This document shows positions 40,581-48,913 of a DNA stretch of 64,000 nucleotides, one piece after another. This DNA is from Longimicrobiales bacterium. Its GTDB lineage: Bacteria; Gemmatimonadota; Gemmatimonadetes; Longimicrobiales; Gaopeijiaceae. Location: assembly GCA_965226375.1 (NCBI GenBank), contig CBDDCX010000005.1:1-64000 (forward strand), in the 5' to 3' direction. Made by a program: the position numbers and the translations under genes. The first letter of the stretch is position 1; the number at the start of each line of letters is the position of its first letter. The notes beneath the pieces are model-generated. The model worked only from the letters and a program-made list of their open reading frames with translations, searched no databases and was not told where the DNA came from.

Positions 40581-40829
40581 ATGACAAGAGAAGAGATCTT
40601 CGCGAAGGTGGTCGAGATCGTGAAGCCGTACGTGAAGAACCCCGAGGCGCTGGACGCGGTGGATGAGGACACGAACATCCTCCAGGACCTCAAGGTGAAT
40701 TCCGCGCGGCTGGTCGACATCATACTGAACTTCGAAGATGAGTTCGACATCGAGGTCGAAGATGAAGACGCAGACGCCGTGAATACCGTCGGCGACGCCG
40801 TAGGGCTCATCCAGGAAAAGATCTCGTAG
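40581..40829 (+). CDS. Acyl carrier protein (NS attachment motif)
   Basis: DLKVNSARLVDIILNFEDEFDIEV..TVGDAV; acidic 82 aa. Confidence 0.9.
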   Translation: MTREEIFAKVVEIVKPYVKNPEALDAVDEDTNILQDLKVNSARLVDIILNFEDEFDIEVEDEDADAVNTVGDAVGLIQEKIS

Positions 40830-40840
40830 CAGTACGAGTC

Positions 40841-41587
40841 GTGATGAAGCTTCCTCTCAGAACGCGGGCGGCGCTGACCCTCCAGCGCGAGGTCGGTCGG
40901 GTGTCGTCCGTCGTATGGATCACGACTATCGTCTTCGCGATGCGGTATCTGATGCGGTATCGCGTCAAAGACGCGGTCGAGATCCGTAAGCGTTTTCGCG
41001 CGATGATGCGTGACAACGATGGGCCCCTGCTCATCTGTGCGAACCACCTGACGATGGCCGACTCCGCTGTTGTTGCCTGGGCCCTGGGGGGGAGTTGGTG
41101 GTACGTTTTCAACTACTCCAGCTTCCCTTGGAATCTTCCTGAGTACACCAACTATGCAGCTCTTTGGCCTAGTCGACTCGGCGCCTGGATAACCAAATGT
41201 CTTCCGATCAGAAGGGGGGGCGATCGGAAGGATGTGTCGGGCGTCATCAAGCGCGTGCAACATCTGCTCACGCGGGGTGAGACCGCGTTGATCTTCCCCG
41301 AGGCGGGTCGAAGCCGGACTGGGCGTGTGCAGTTCGACTCCATCGCCCACGGGGTCGGGAGGATCATGAACTCGGTACGGGACTGCCAGGCACTCTGTGT
41401 GTACATGCGGGGCGACCGACAGACGACCTGGTCCACCGTTCCGGCTCGTGGGGACTCGTTCTACGTCGACTTCGAGTTGTTCAAGCCCGTGTCGGAGCAT
41501 TCGGGCCTCCGTCGCTCCAGGGACCTGGCTGAGCAGATCGTCGCGCACCTCTCCCGTATGGAGAAGCAGTACTTTGCTAGTCGGTAA
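40841..41587 (+). CDS. PlsC-family (lysophospholipid) acyltransferase
   Basis: NHxxxxD (ANHLTMAD), IRRG, IFPEAGRS. Confidence 0.87.
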   Translation: MMKLPLRTRAALTLQREVGRVSSVVWITTIVFAMRYLMRYRVKDAVEIRKRFRAMMRDNDGPLLICANHLTMADSAVVAWALGGSWWYVFNYSSFPWNLPEYTNYAALWPSRLGAWITKCLPIRRGGDRKDVSGVIKRVQHLLTRGETALIFPEAGRSRTGRVQFDSIAHGVGRIMNSVRDCQALCVYMRGDRQTTWSTVPARGDSFYVDFELFKPVSEHSGLRRSRDLAEQIVAHLSRMEKQYFASR

Positions 41588-42302
41588 CGACATCGTCGAT
41601 CTCCACGATCCGTGGAGTCAGCCCGACAAGATCCACCCCCGATTCGACAGCCGGGCCTTCACCCCGGCCGAGCGCGCTCGTATTCGCGCGAGCCGCTCTG
41701 CGCATCGTCTTCGCTGGTCCCTGTGGGCGGCCAAAGAGAGCGCGTTCAAGGTCGCCCGCAAGCTCGATGGCGGCGTGCGCTTCCTTCCCCGGGAGTTCGC
41801 CGTCCGCATGCTCGGTGACGGGAGGGCAGCGGTGAGCCATCGAGTGGGGGGCTTCGGCGTTTGGTTCGAACGGGCGGACGCGTGGCTTCACGCCGTGGCG
41901 GTGCCTATGACGCCTGGCCGGCCCGGTCCGGTTCGAGAGGCTCCCGTCGGATCTGCCGAGGTGCGAGGATGTGTGTCCGAAGCGGCCCCCCTCGGGGTCG
42001 GTGCACGGATCGGTCGGGTCGAGCAGGAAGGCCGAGACTCTGCTGTCCGTAACGACGGCCCGAGCGCCCGGGTCAGGGAGGTGGCTCGGACCGCCGTCGG
42101 ATCTCTGATGAACGTTGCTCCGACAGAAATCGAGATCCTGACCGACCAGGGGATCCCCGCCCTGCAGCGCCGAGGCGAGCGTCTGCCCCTGGACCTATCG
42201 CTGTCCCATCACGGCCGCTTCGTCGCCTGCGCTTGGGCCGTGAACGATGCGGAAGAGTCTGTCACGGTCCTCATCAACCGGCAGGTGCCCGAGGTTCCGT
42301 GA
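41574..42302 (+). CDS. 4'-phosphopantetheinyl transferase
   Basis: VGNDIVDL, WAAKESAFK, SLSHHGRF; TTG start with GGAG RBS. Confidence 0.85.
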   Translation: MLVGNDIVDLHDPWSQPDKIHPRFDSRAFTPAERARIRASRSAHRLRWSLWAAKESAFKVARKLDGGVRFLPREFAVRMLGDGRAAVSHRVGGFGVWFERADAWLHAVAVPMTPGRPGPVREAPVGSAEVRGCVSEAAPLGVGARIGRVEQEGRDSAVRNDGPSARVREVARTAVGSLMNVAPTEIEILTDQGIPALQRRGERLPLDLSLSHHGRFVACAWAVNDAEESVTVLINRQVPEVP

Positions 42303-42321
42303 GTCGACGAGGCCACGGGTT

Positions 42322-44433
42322 CTAGTCGGAAGCAGGCTCGACCGGTCTTCGCTTGAAGCGTCGTCCCAGGATCATGAGGCCGGCAGGCTCCCCGATCACC
42401 GTGAGTCGGTCATCTTCTTCGAGCACCGTCGCACCCCGGGGAATGATGATCTCCGACTCGCGATTCACCAGGGCGATAAGTGTGCCTTCGGGCATGTCCA
42501 CGTCCTTCAGGGCCAGACCGATGAGTGATGCGGCGGGAGTATCGGTGGCAAGCGTAAGCGCCAAGACCCTCTCGTCCCGCAGCACGGCTTCCTTCAGCTC
42601 CTGGTGATTGGACGCCGATATCCAGGCTTCCATGAAGTCCTCCCTGTCCACACGACCCGCGATCTGGGCCAGGATGCGGAGGTGCTGCCCGGGGTCCTTC
42701 TCGGGGCTGACCAAGAAGAATACGGCTCGCACGGCTTCAGGCTGCTCTTCGCTGGCTCCGGCCGGGGATTCCACGTCCATCTCGATCCCGTGGGAACAGC
42801 GCACCAGTACCATCTTGGAGGACTCGATCGTCGTGAGACGAAGGTGCGGGAGCGCCACGCCGTGCGAGACCGGAGTCATGCCCACGACGGTCCCCTTGAG
42901 GAAGCCCTCGCCCAACTTCTTGGCCGACGTGTTGCAGCTTTCCGAAAGAAAGGCGGCCGCCTCCCAAATGACGTTTCGGAAGCTCGTGCCTCCCGGCACA
43001 TCGATGATGGCTGCCGAGGCCACCACTTCCTCAAAGGGATCGGCGTCCCGGAGCCCCTTCTCCTTCATGATCTCCCGGAGCTCGCGGTCCAGGCCCACGT
43101 CCCGCTGTCGACCGAGCCTCTCGAAGACGTGCAGAATGGCGCCCTCGCGGTCTACCCGGTCACGAGCATAGTAGGTATACCAGATCGCTCCGAACGCGAC
43201 GAGGCCTCCCGTAAACAGGCTGGAGAGGAATCCCATCTGGACGACCATCCAAAAGGGCGCCAATACTCCCAGCACGTGGAGCCAGGGGTAGAAAGGTGAG
43301 TGATAGCCCGGGTCGTACGACTCGATGCGGCTCTCCCTCATCACGATTACCGCTAGACAGCTCAGCCCGAACATCATGAGCTGAAAAGCCCCAGCCAGCT
43401 TGGCAATCTTGGTCGGGTCGAACAAGACGACGAAGGTCAGGATCAGTGCGACCGTCGTGTAGATGGCGCGTACAGGCGCACCACCGGCCTGAATCTTGGA
43501 GAAGAACCGTGGCAGCACGTTGTCGCGACTCATCGCCAGCGGATACCGGGAGGCGCTCATGACGCCGGCGTTGGCGACAGACGAGAAGGCGAGGACGGCG
43601 GCCCCGGTCACCAGCATTTTCCCCCAGGGCCCCACCAGGACCTCGGCCACCGTTGCAACCGGGGTCAGGTCACCGCCGTTGCGGGCCAGGGTCTCGGCGG
43701 AGACGACACCCACCATGACCGTTGTGCCGACGGAATAGACGACGATGGCGGTGGTGAAGGCGAGAAACATCCCCAAGGGGAGGTTCCGCTCGGGGTCCCG
43801 AACCTCTTCCGCCACGCTCGCGACTTGGGTGAGGCCCATGTAGCTGATGATGACCAGGCCCGCGGTGGAGACGATACCGGTGGGCTCCTGACCGAACATG
43901 CCCGCCAGGTTCGCCGGCTCCAGGCTCATGAATCCGGCACCCGTAAACCACGCCAGGATCACCAGGAGGCCGGCCACCATGAAGCCCTGGGCTCGGGTGG
44001 AATTCTTGGCTCCCAGGATGTTGACGAATCCAAACAGGATGGCGAAACCCATCGCAATGGGTACGACGTTGAGGTCGGGAAGAAACAGACCGAGATACGC
44101 CCCAACGCCGATAAGGGCGAAAGCAGCCTTGAGAGAGACGGCGATCCAGGTGCCGAAGCCACCCACCGTACCGACGAGCGGGCCCATGCTGCGATCCAGG
44201 AAGTAGTACACCCCCCCGGCGCGTGGCATGGCTGTGGAGAGTTCGACCATGCTGACCAGGCCTGGAACGAGGAGTAGGCCGGCCAGCACATAGGCCAGCG
44301 GGAGTCCGGGTCCGGCCCCGACCGCAGCAAGGCCTGGAAGCAGGAAAAAGCCGGAGCTCAGCGTGGCGCCCGTGGCGATGACGTAGACATCCCATAGGCC
44401 GAGTTGCTTCTTGAGCAGCTTCGGTTTCTTCAT
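42322..44433 (-). CDS. APC amino acid permease fused to PTS EIIA (Ntr/Fru-type) and TrkA-C (RCK_C) domains
   Basis: SSGFFLLPG, AGGVYY, AEEVRDPERN; GVALPHLR..FFLVSP..HLRILAQIA; IIPRGATVLEEDDRLTVIG. Confidence 0.88.
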   Translation of the reverse strand: MKKPKLLKKQLGLWDVYVIATGATLSSGFFLLPGLAAVGAGPGLPLAYVLAGLLLVPGLVSMVELSTAMPRAGGVYYFLDRSMGPLVGTVGGFGTWIAVSLKAAFALIGVGAYLGLFLPDLNVVPIAMGFAILFGFVNILGAKNSTRAQGFMVAGLLVILAWFTGAGFMSLEPANLAGMFGQEPTGIVSTAGLVIISYMGLTQVASVAEEVRDPERNLPLGMFLAFTTAIVVYSVGTTVMVGVVSAETLARNGGDLTPVATVAEVLVGPWGKMLVTGAAVLAFSSVANAGVMSASRYPLAMSRDNVLPRFFSKIQAGGAPVRAIYTTVALILTFVVLFDPTKIAKLAGAFQLMMFGLSCLAVIVMRESRIESYDPGYHSPFYPWLHVLGVLAPFWMVVQMGFLSSLFTGGLVAFGAIWYTYYARDRVDREGAILHVFERLGRQRDVGLDRELREIMKEKGLRDADPFEEVVASAAIIDVPGGTSFRNVIWEAAAFLSESCNTSAKKLGEGFLKGTVVGMTPVSHGVALPHLRLTTIESSKMVLVRCSHGIEMDVESPAGASEEQPEAVRAVFFLVSPEKDPGQHLRILAQIAGRVDREDFMEAWISASNHQELKEAVLRDERVLALTLATDTPAASLIGLALKDVDMPEGTLIALVNRESEIIIPRGATVLEEDDRLTVIGEPAGLMILGRRFKRRPVEPASD

Positions 44434-45722
44434 GGACTGCGGTAGACCTCTCCATCCTTCATCACGAAACGGACATTGCGCAGGGCGGAAATGTCCTTCG
44501 TGGGATCGCCCTCGACCGCCACGAAGTCAGCGAGGAGACCCTCTTCGACTCGACCCACACGGTCGTCGATCCCGAAGGTTCGGGCGTTTCCGGAAGTCGC
44601 GGCCATCAGTGCGGCCCTGGTGTCCATTCCGTAGTCCACCATCAGCTCGAGCTCGAGCACGTTGTTGCCGTGTGTGTACACGCCGATGTCACCTCCAAAG
44701 CAGATGGTGACCCCCGAAGCCAGTGCGCGGGCGAAGCTCGCACGCTTCCGTGTGATGCTCTCGGGGTCGGGATCGACGCCCGGGCGCCAGCCCGAATACG
44801 TCCGGATGGAATGGCCCGCGGCCAGCGTCGGGCAGAAGGCGACTCCATGCTCGGCCATGAACCGAAACGACTCGTCGGTGGCGCTGTTGCCGTGCTCGAT
44901 GGTCGTGACCCCAGCCAACGTGGCCCGGCGGATACCCTCCGGGGTCGAGGCATGTGCGACGACCGGCCGCCCAGACGTGTTGGCGACCTTCACGATGGTC
45001 TCGAGCTCCTCCAGAGTGAAGGCGGGTGCAGTGGTTCCGTTGGGACCCCACCGATAGTCGGCGTAGACCTTAATAAAGTCGGCTCCCCGGCCGATCTGGT
45101 CTCGCGTGACCCGAATGAGATCGTCGTACCCGTCCGCCTCCTGGGCGCCCTTGGGCAGATCGAGCTCGGGCGCGCCCTTCGGGTTGTAGCTGCCGGTCGC
45201 GACGATCGCCTTCGTTGCTATGAGAAGGCGTGGGCCGGGGATCACTCCGCGATCGATGGCCTGCTTGATGCCGACGTCGGCGAACCCGGCTCCCTCCGAT
45301 CCCAGGTCGCGCATCGTGGTCACACCCGCCATGAGGCTGTTCTTCACGTGAACTGTCGCGCGAGCCGTGCGGAGGCCCAGCGATTCGTTCAGAACCTGAT
45401 CCGTCCACGCGGTCTCGTTGTATGGGTGGAGTAGGATGTGGGAATGGCCTTCGATAAGCCCCGGAAGCAGCGTGGTTCCCGGGAGCTCGATCTCGACGGT
45501 TCCGCCGGGCGCGTCGACCTCGGCCGCCGGGCCGGCGGCCGCGATGCGATTCCCGCGTACCAGGACGACCCATCCCGGATGAAGCACCTCTCCGTCGAAC
45601 ACATTCGATGGCCGGAGAAGGGTGGTTTGCTGAGCCGCCAGTTGGGGCGTGGAGAGCAACGCGGCGCAGACGGCGATCAGGCAGGAGGTGAGAACGAACC
45701 GAGCGTCGACAGTGATACGCAT
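44430..45722 (-). CDS. Secreted metal-dependent amidohydrolase (prolidase-like)
   Basis: LPGLIEGHSH, GVTTMRDLG, FIKVYAD, VAHA, TIEHG, FGGD; signal peptide. Confidence 0.9.
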   Translation of the reverse strand: MRITVDARFVLTSCLIAVCAALLSTPQLAAQQTTLLRPSNVFDGEVLHPGWVVLVRGNRIAAAGPAAEVDAPGGTVEIELPGTTLLPGLIEGHSHILLHPYNETAWTDQVLNESLGLRTARATVHVKNSLMAGVTTMRDLGSEGAGFADVGIKQAIDRGVIPGPRLLIATKAIVATGSYNPKGAPELDLPKGAQEADGYDDLIRVTRDQIGRGADFIKVYADYRWGPNGTTAPAFTLEELETIVKVANTSGRPVVAHASTPEGIRRATLAGVTTIEHGNSATDESFRFMAEHGVAFCPTLAAGHSIRTYSGWRPGVDPDPESITRKRASFARALASGVTICFGGDIGVYTHGNNVLELELMVDYGMDTRAALMAATSGNARTFGIDDRVGRVEEGLLADFVAVEGDPTKDISALRNVRFVMKDGEVYRSP

Positions 45723-45878
45723 CGCACTTTCCGAGTGAGGAGGCGGACTTTGGCTACCCTTTTCTGAGTAACCGGCGGGGAGGGACCCTTCACACAAGAG
45801 GGCTGTGCAGTCCCTGACCGTCAAGCCGTCAGGGCCGTCTACAGGCTCAGGGTCGTGCGGGTGGCTCCGAGACCCCGG

Positions 45879-46091
45879 CTAGTGTGGTGTAGCAGAAGTC
45901 ATGCTGCCATTCGGACGCGTCCGCATCCCGCGACCCACTCGCTTCACGAGCGGGTGCCCCCTGCGTTGCTTCTCCTCGGACCACGGCCTTCGGCCGCGGT
46001 GCCCGCGGTGCTATTCCTCGTCGGCGCGCCTTGATCTGCGGGCGCGGATCGCGCCCTCGGTGGCTACCAGACTTCTGCTACACCACACTAG
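45879..46091. mobile_element. 213-bp non-autonomous element (MITE), IS630-like ends
   Basis: Perfect 22-bp inverted repeat CTAGTGTGGTGTAGCAGAAGTC (45879-45900 / 46070-46091) with CTAG termini and internal hairpins; no transposase. Confidence 0.8.
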
Positions 46092-46104
46092 TGCAGTTGG
46101 CCGC

Positions 46105-47925
46105 TCACTCCCACTCGATCGTGCCTGGAGGTTTCGAGGTGATGTCGAGTGCCAGGCTGGACACACCGGGGAGGTCCAGGATCTGTTCGCGTAGATCGTT
46201 CAGCAAATCCGTAGGGAGCTCCACGGGAGAGGCCGTCATGGCTCTCTGTGACCGGATGGGCCGGACGACCACCATCTCGCCTTCTCGCCCGCCGACCTCG
46301 ATGGGAACGAGCACCGTCGGACATTGCCAGATCTCGTCATAGAGGTCGCGCCGGCGCAGCGCCTGCATGACGATGTCATCGGCCTCCCGCAGCGTGTCGA
46401 GTCGCGCCCGGGTAACTGTGGCCGCGATGGGTCGGGCCGTGGTCGGCGCTTCCGACGCCAGGTTCCAGATGCAGCGATTGATTCCGGGGATTTTCGCCGT
46501 GAGCAGCGACGCGGCATCGAGCAGGGTCGACCAAGCGACGTCTCCAGAGAGCAAGACAGGGTGCTCGTACGCCCGAAGATCGGCCTTCACGCCTACCGAA
46601 CGGATGGGAAGGACGAGCGCCTCGAGCCCGAACAGGCTCGCGGCCTCGGGCACCGAGTCGTGAGCCCCCTCGAGGCCCTCGACGTCCGGGACACCGTCGC
46701 TACAGAGGAGCCGGACGCCGAGGCCGGGCCCCGGGAAGGGATGGCGCCAAAGAGCCCCGTGGGGGATACCCAGCCGCTCCCCGAGCTCTCGCACCTCTAC
46801 CTTGTAGAGTTCGGCGAGGGGCTCCACCACAATTCCGCGGGCGATCATCTCCTGGATGACCGGCACCCGATTGTGGTGCGTCTTGATCGTGTCGGACCGC
46901 TTGGTGGCGCCCGTCTCGATGGTGTCCGGGTAGATCGTGCCCTGGCCCAGGAGATGGTCCTCGACACCCAATTCCCGAGCCTTCTCCTGAAAGACGCGGA
47001 TGAAGGTGTCTCCGATGATCCGGCGCTTCTCTTCCGGATCGATGGCCGTGGCCAGAGCGTCGAGGAAGGTGTCGCTCGCGTCTACGAAATGGAGATTCGT
47101 GTCGAGCCCCAGTTCCCCGAAGAGGTCCAACACTGCCCGGCTCTCGTCCTTCCGCATGAGCCCATTGTCTACGTGGAGGAGGTGCAGCCGTTCGGGGCCC
47201 AGCGCCTGTCCGATGACGGCGGCCGCAACTGTAGAGTCGACCCCGCCCGACGCCAAAAGGAAGACGGAGCGATCTCCGACCTGCTCGCTCACGCGGTTTC
47301 GTTGCTCCTCGATGAAGGCGTCCATGGACCAGGAGGCCGTACAGCCGCAGATGCCGAACACGAAATTTGCGATCATGTCGTCGCCCCGGATCGTGTCGTC
47401 GACCTCGGGGTGGAACTGAAACCCGTAACGTCGAAGCGAGTCTGAGCCGATGGCGGCGAAGCGGTGGTCGGGCGAGCCCTCGGCCGTCACCGTGTAACCC
47501 AGTTCCCGAAACTCCGGGCCGACTTCGACCACGGAGTCGTAGTGACTCATCCAAACGGGCTCTACCTCGTCGAGCCCCCGGAACAACGCATGATCCGGGT
47601 CTACGTGTAGATCGGCCCGACCCCATTCTCGTCCCCCGTGGACAATACGACCGCCATAGTGTTTGGCTATCTCCTGATGGCCGAAGCAGAAGCCCAGGAT
47701 GGGCGTGTCCAGGTCGTAGATCTCCTTGGTGTAGTCGGAGTCCTCGCCATGGGATGCAAGGCTGGGGCTGCCGGAGATGATGATCCCGCGATAGCCCTGG
47801 AAGGCGTCGATGGGGTCTTCAGGCTGCCGAATCTCGGCCAATACACCCCGCCGGCGAACCTTGTTGGCGATGAGGTGGGCGTACTGCCCTCCGAAGTCTA
47901 TGACGGCGATGCTATCGTGTGCCAT
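46105..47925 (-). CDS. guaA: GMP synthase (glutamine-hydrolysing), long form
   Basis: DFGGQYAHLI, GFCFGHQ, QFHPEV, SGGVDS, QGTIYPD, IKTHHN, HPFPGPGL, KPPGTIEWE. Confidence 0.95.
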   Translation of the reverse strand: MAHDSIAVIDFGGQYAHLIANKVRRRGVLAEIRQPEDPIDAFQGYRGIIISGSPSLASHGEDSDYTKEIYDLDTPILGFCFGHQEIAKHYGGRIVHGGREWGRADLHVDPDHALFRGLDEVEPVWMSHYDSVVEVGPEFRELGYTVTAEGSPDHRFAAIGSDSLRRYGFQFHPEVDDTIRGDDMIANFVFGICGCTASWSMDAFIEEQRNRVSEQVGDRSVFLLASGGVDSTVAAAVIGQALGPERLHLLHVDNGLMRKDESRAVLDLFGELGLDTNLHFVDASDTFLDALATAIDPEEKRRIIGDTFIRVFQEKARELGVEDHLLGQGTIYPDTIETGATKRSDTIKTHHNRVPVIQEMIARGIVVEPLAELYKVEVRELGERLGIPHGALWRHPFPGPGLGVRLLCSDGVPDVEGLEGAHDSVPEAASLFGLEALVLPIRSVGVKADLRAYEHPVLLSGDVAWSTLLDAASLLTAKIPGINRCIWNLASEAPTTARPIAATVTRARLDTLREADDIVMQALRRRDLYDEIWQCPTVLVPIEVGGREGEMVVVRPIRSQRAMTASPVELPTDLLNDLREQILDLPGVSSLALDITSKPPGTIEWE

Positions 47926-48136
47926 TGCTACCGTGAAGCCCTAGGAGGCATAGGTGGACCGTCGCGTTTGCGGCCCTCAGGGACCCAGATTACCAAGACC
48001 GGCCTTGGGTGGGAAGGGACGGGGTCACCTGTGGTAGGAGTCGGACTTGGGCGCGAGGCCCATTCGCTTTAGAATTGCTCTCTTGTTCGACAGTCTGTTC
48101 ATGGTGCCACGTGAAAATGGAGGAAAATGACGGCGT

Positions 48137-48913
48137 ATGGTTAGGGCTACCGCCAAGAAGGCCGCGATGGCTTGTCTGGTGGCCGCATTTGGTGTTCAGA
48201 CCACCCTCGTCTACACGGACACGCGTCAGGACCCTCTGTCCGAGGCGGCCCTTCGCGGTCGTTCCCTATGGCACGACAATGCCTGCCAGGTCTGCCACCA
48301 GGTGTATGGGCAGGGTGGCTTTCTGGGTCCGGATCTTACCAACGCCGCCAGCCGCATGGACAGATCCCGGCTCGAATCGCTCCTGACTGTGGGCAGCGGA
48401 CAGATGCCGCCGTTTCACTTCACGCCAGAGCAGATCGACGCCGTCGCCGCCTATCTCGAGGCGTTGGATCGCCCCGATTTGGGTCAGGGACAGCTGCGCC
48501 TCGGATCCGCACCGGAAGGGAGCGGGCCCTGGGGAGTCTTCGATGCGGTGGTGGATGATGCTTTGAGTACGGCGTCCCCCGAAGCGAGTGCCGGATATGT
48601 GGCGTTCAAAGCCCGGCCTTGTAGCAGCTGTCACCTTCCCTTGAGCGACTCTCCGGTAGGCGCCCCTGATCTTTCCACGGTCACGGGGCGTCTCAGTTCG
48701 GGGGAGCTGGAGCAGGTGCTCATGGTGGGTCGCCCGGCGGCGGGGATGCCGCCCCCGATTCCGGCTTTCGAGCCGTCAGAGCGGGAGGCGGTGGTCGAGT
48801 TCCTCCGCTGGCTGAGTGACAACCGGGAAGAGCTCGAGGTGAGCTTGGCCAGAGGGTCGTCGGGAGCGGCACCCATCGATTGGGGACGAGTGCCGTGGTG
48901 GGAGTTCCGATGA
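48137..48913 (+). CDS. Membrane-anchored di-heme cytochrome c, N-domain NorC-like
   Basis: N-terminal TM; CQVCH..GPDLT..QMP; second CSSCH..APDL..GMP. Confidence 0.85.
   Translation: MVRATAKKAAMACLVAAFGVQTTLVYTDTRQDPLSEAALRGRSLWHDNACQVCHQVYGQGGFLGPDLTNAASRMDRSRLESLLTVGSGQMPPFHFTPEQIDAVAAYLEALDRPDLGQGQLRLGSAPEGSGPWGVFDAVVDDALSTASPEASAGYVAFKARPCSSCHLPLSDSPVGAPDLSTVTGRLSSGELEQVLMVGRPAAGMPPPIPAFEPSEREAVVEFLRWLSDNREELEVSLARGSSGAAPIDWGRVPWWEFR

Noticed and set aside
45770..45825. Hairpin AGGGAC..GTCCCT upstream of the amidohydrolase as a riboswitch
   Set aside because: No recognisable aptamer consensus; short GC stems are expected by chance.
47926..48136. FNR/DNR box upstream of the NorC-like gene
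   Set aside because: No TTGAT-N4-ATCAA match found.
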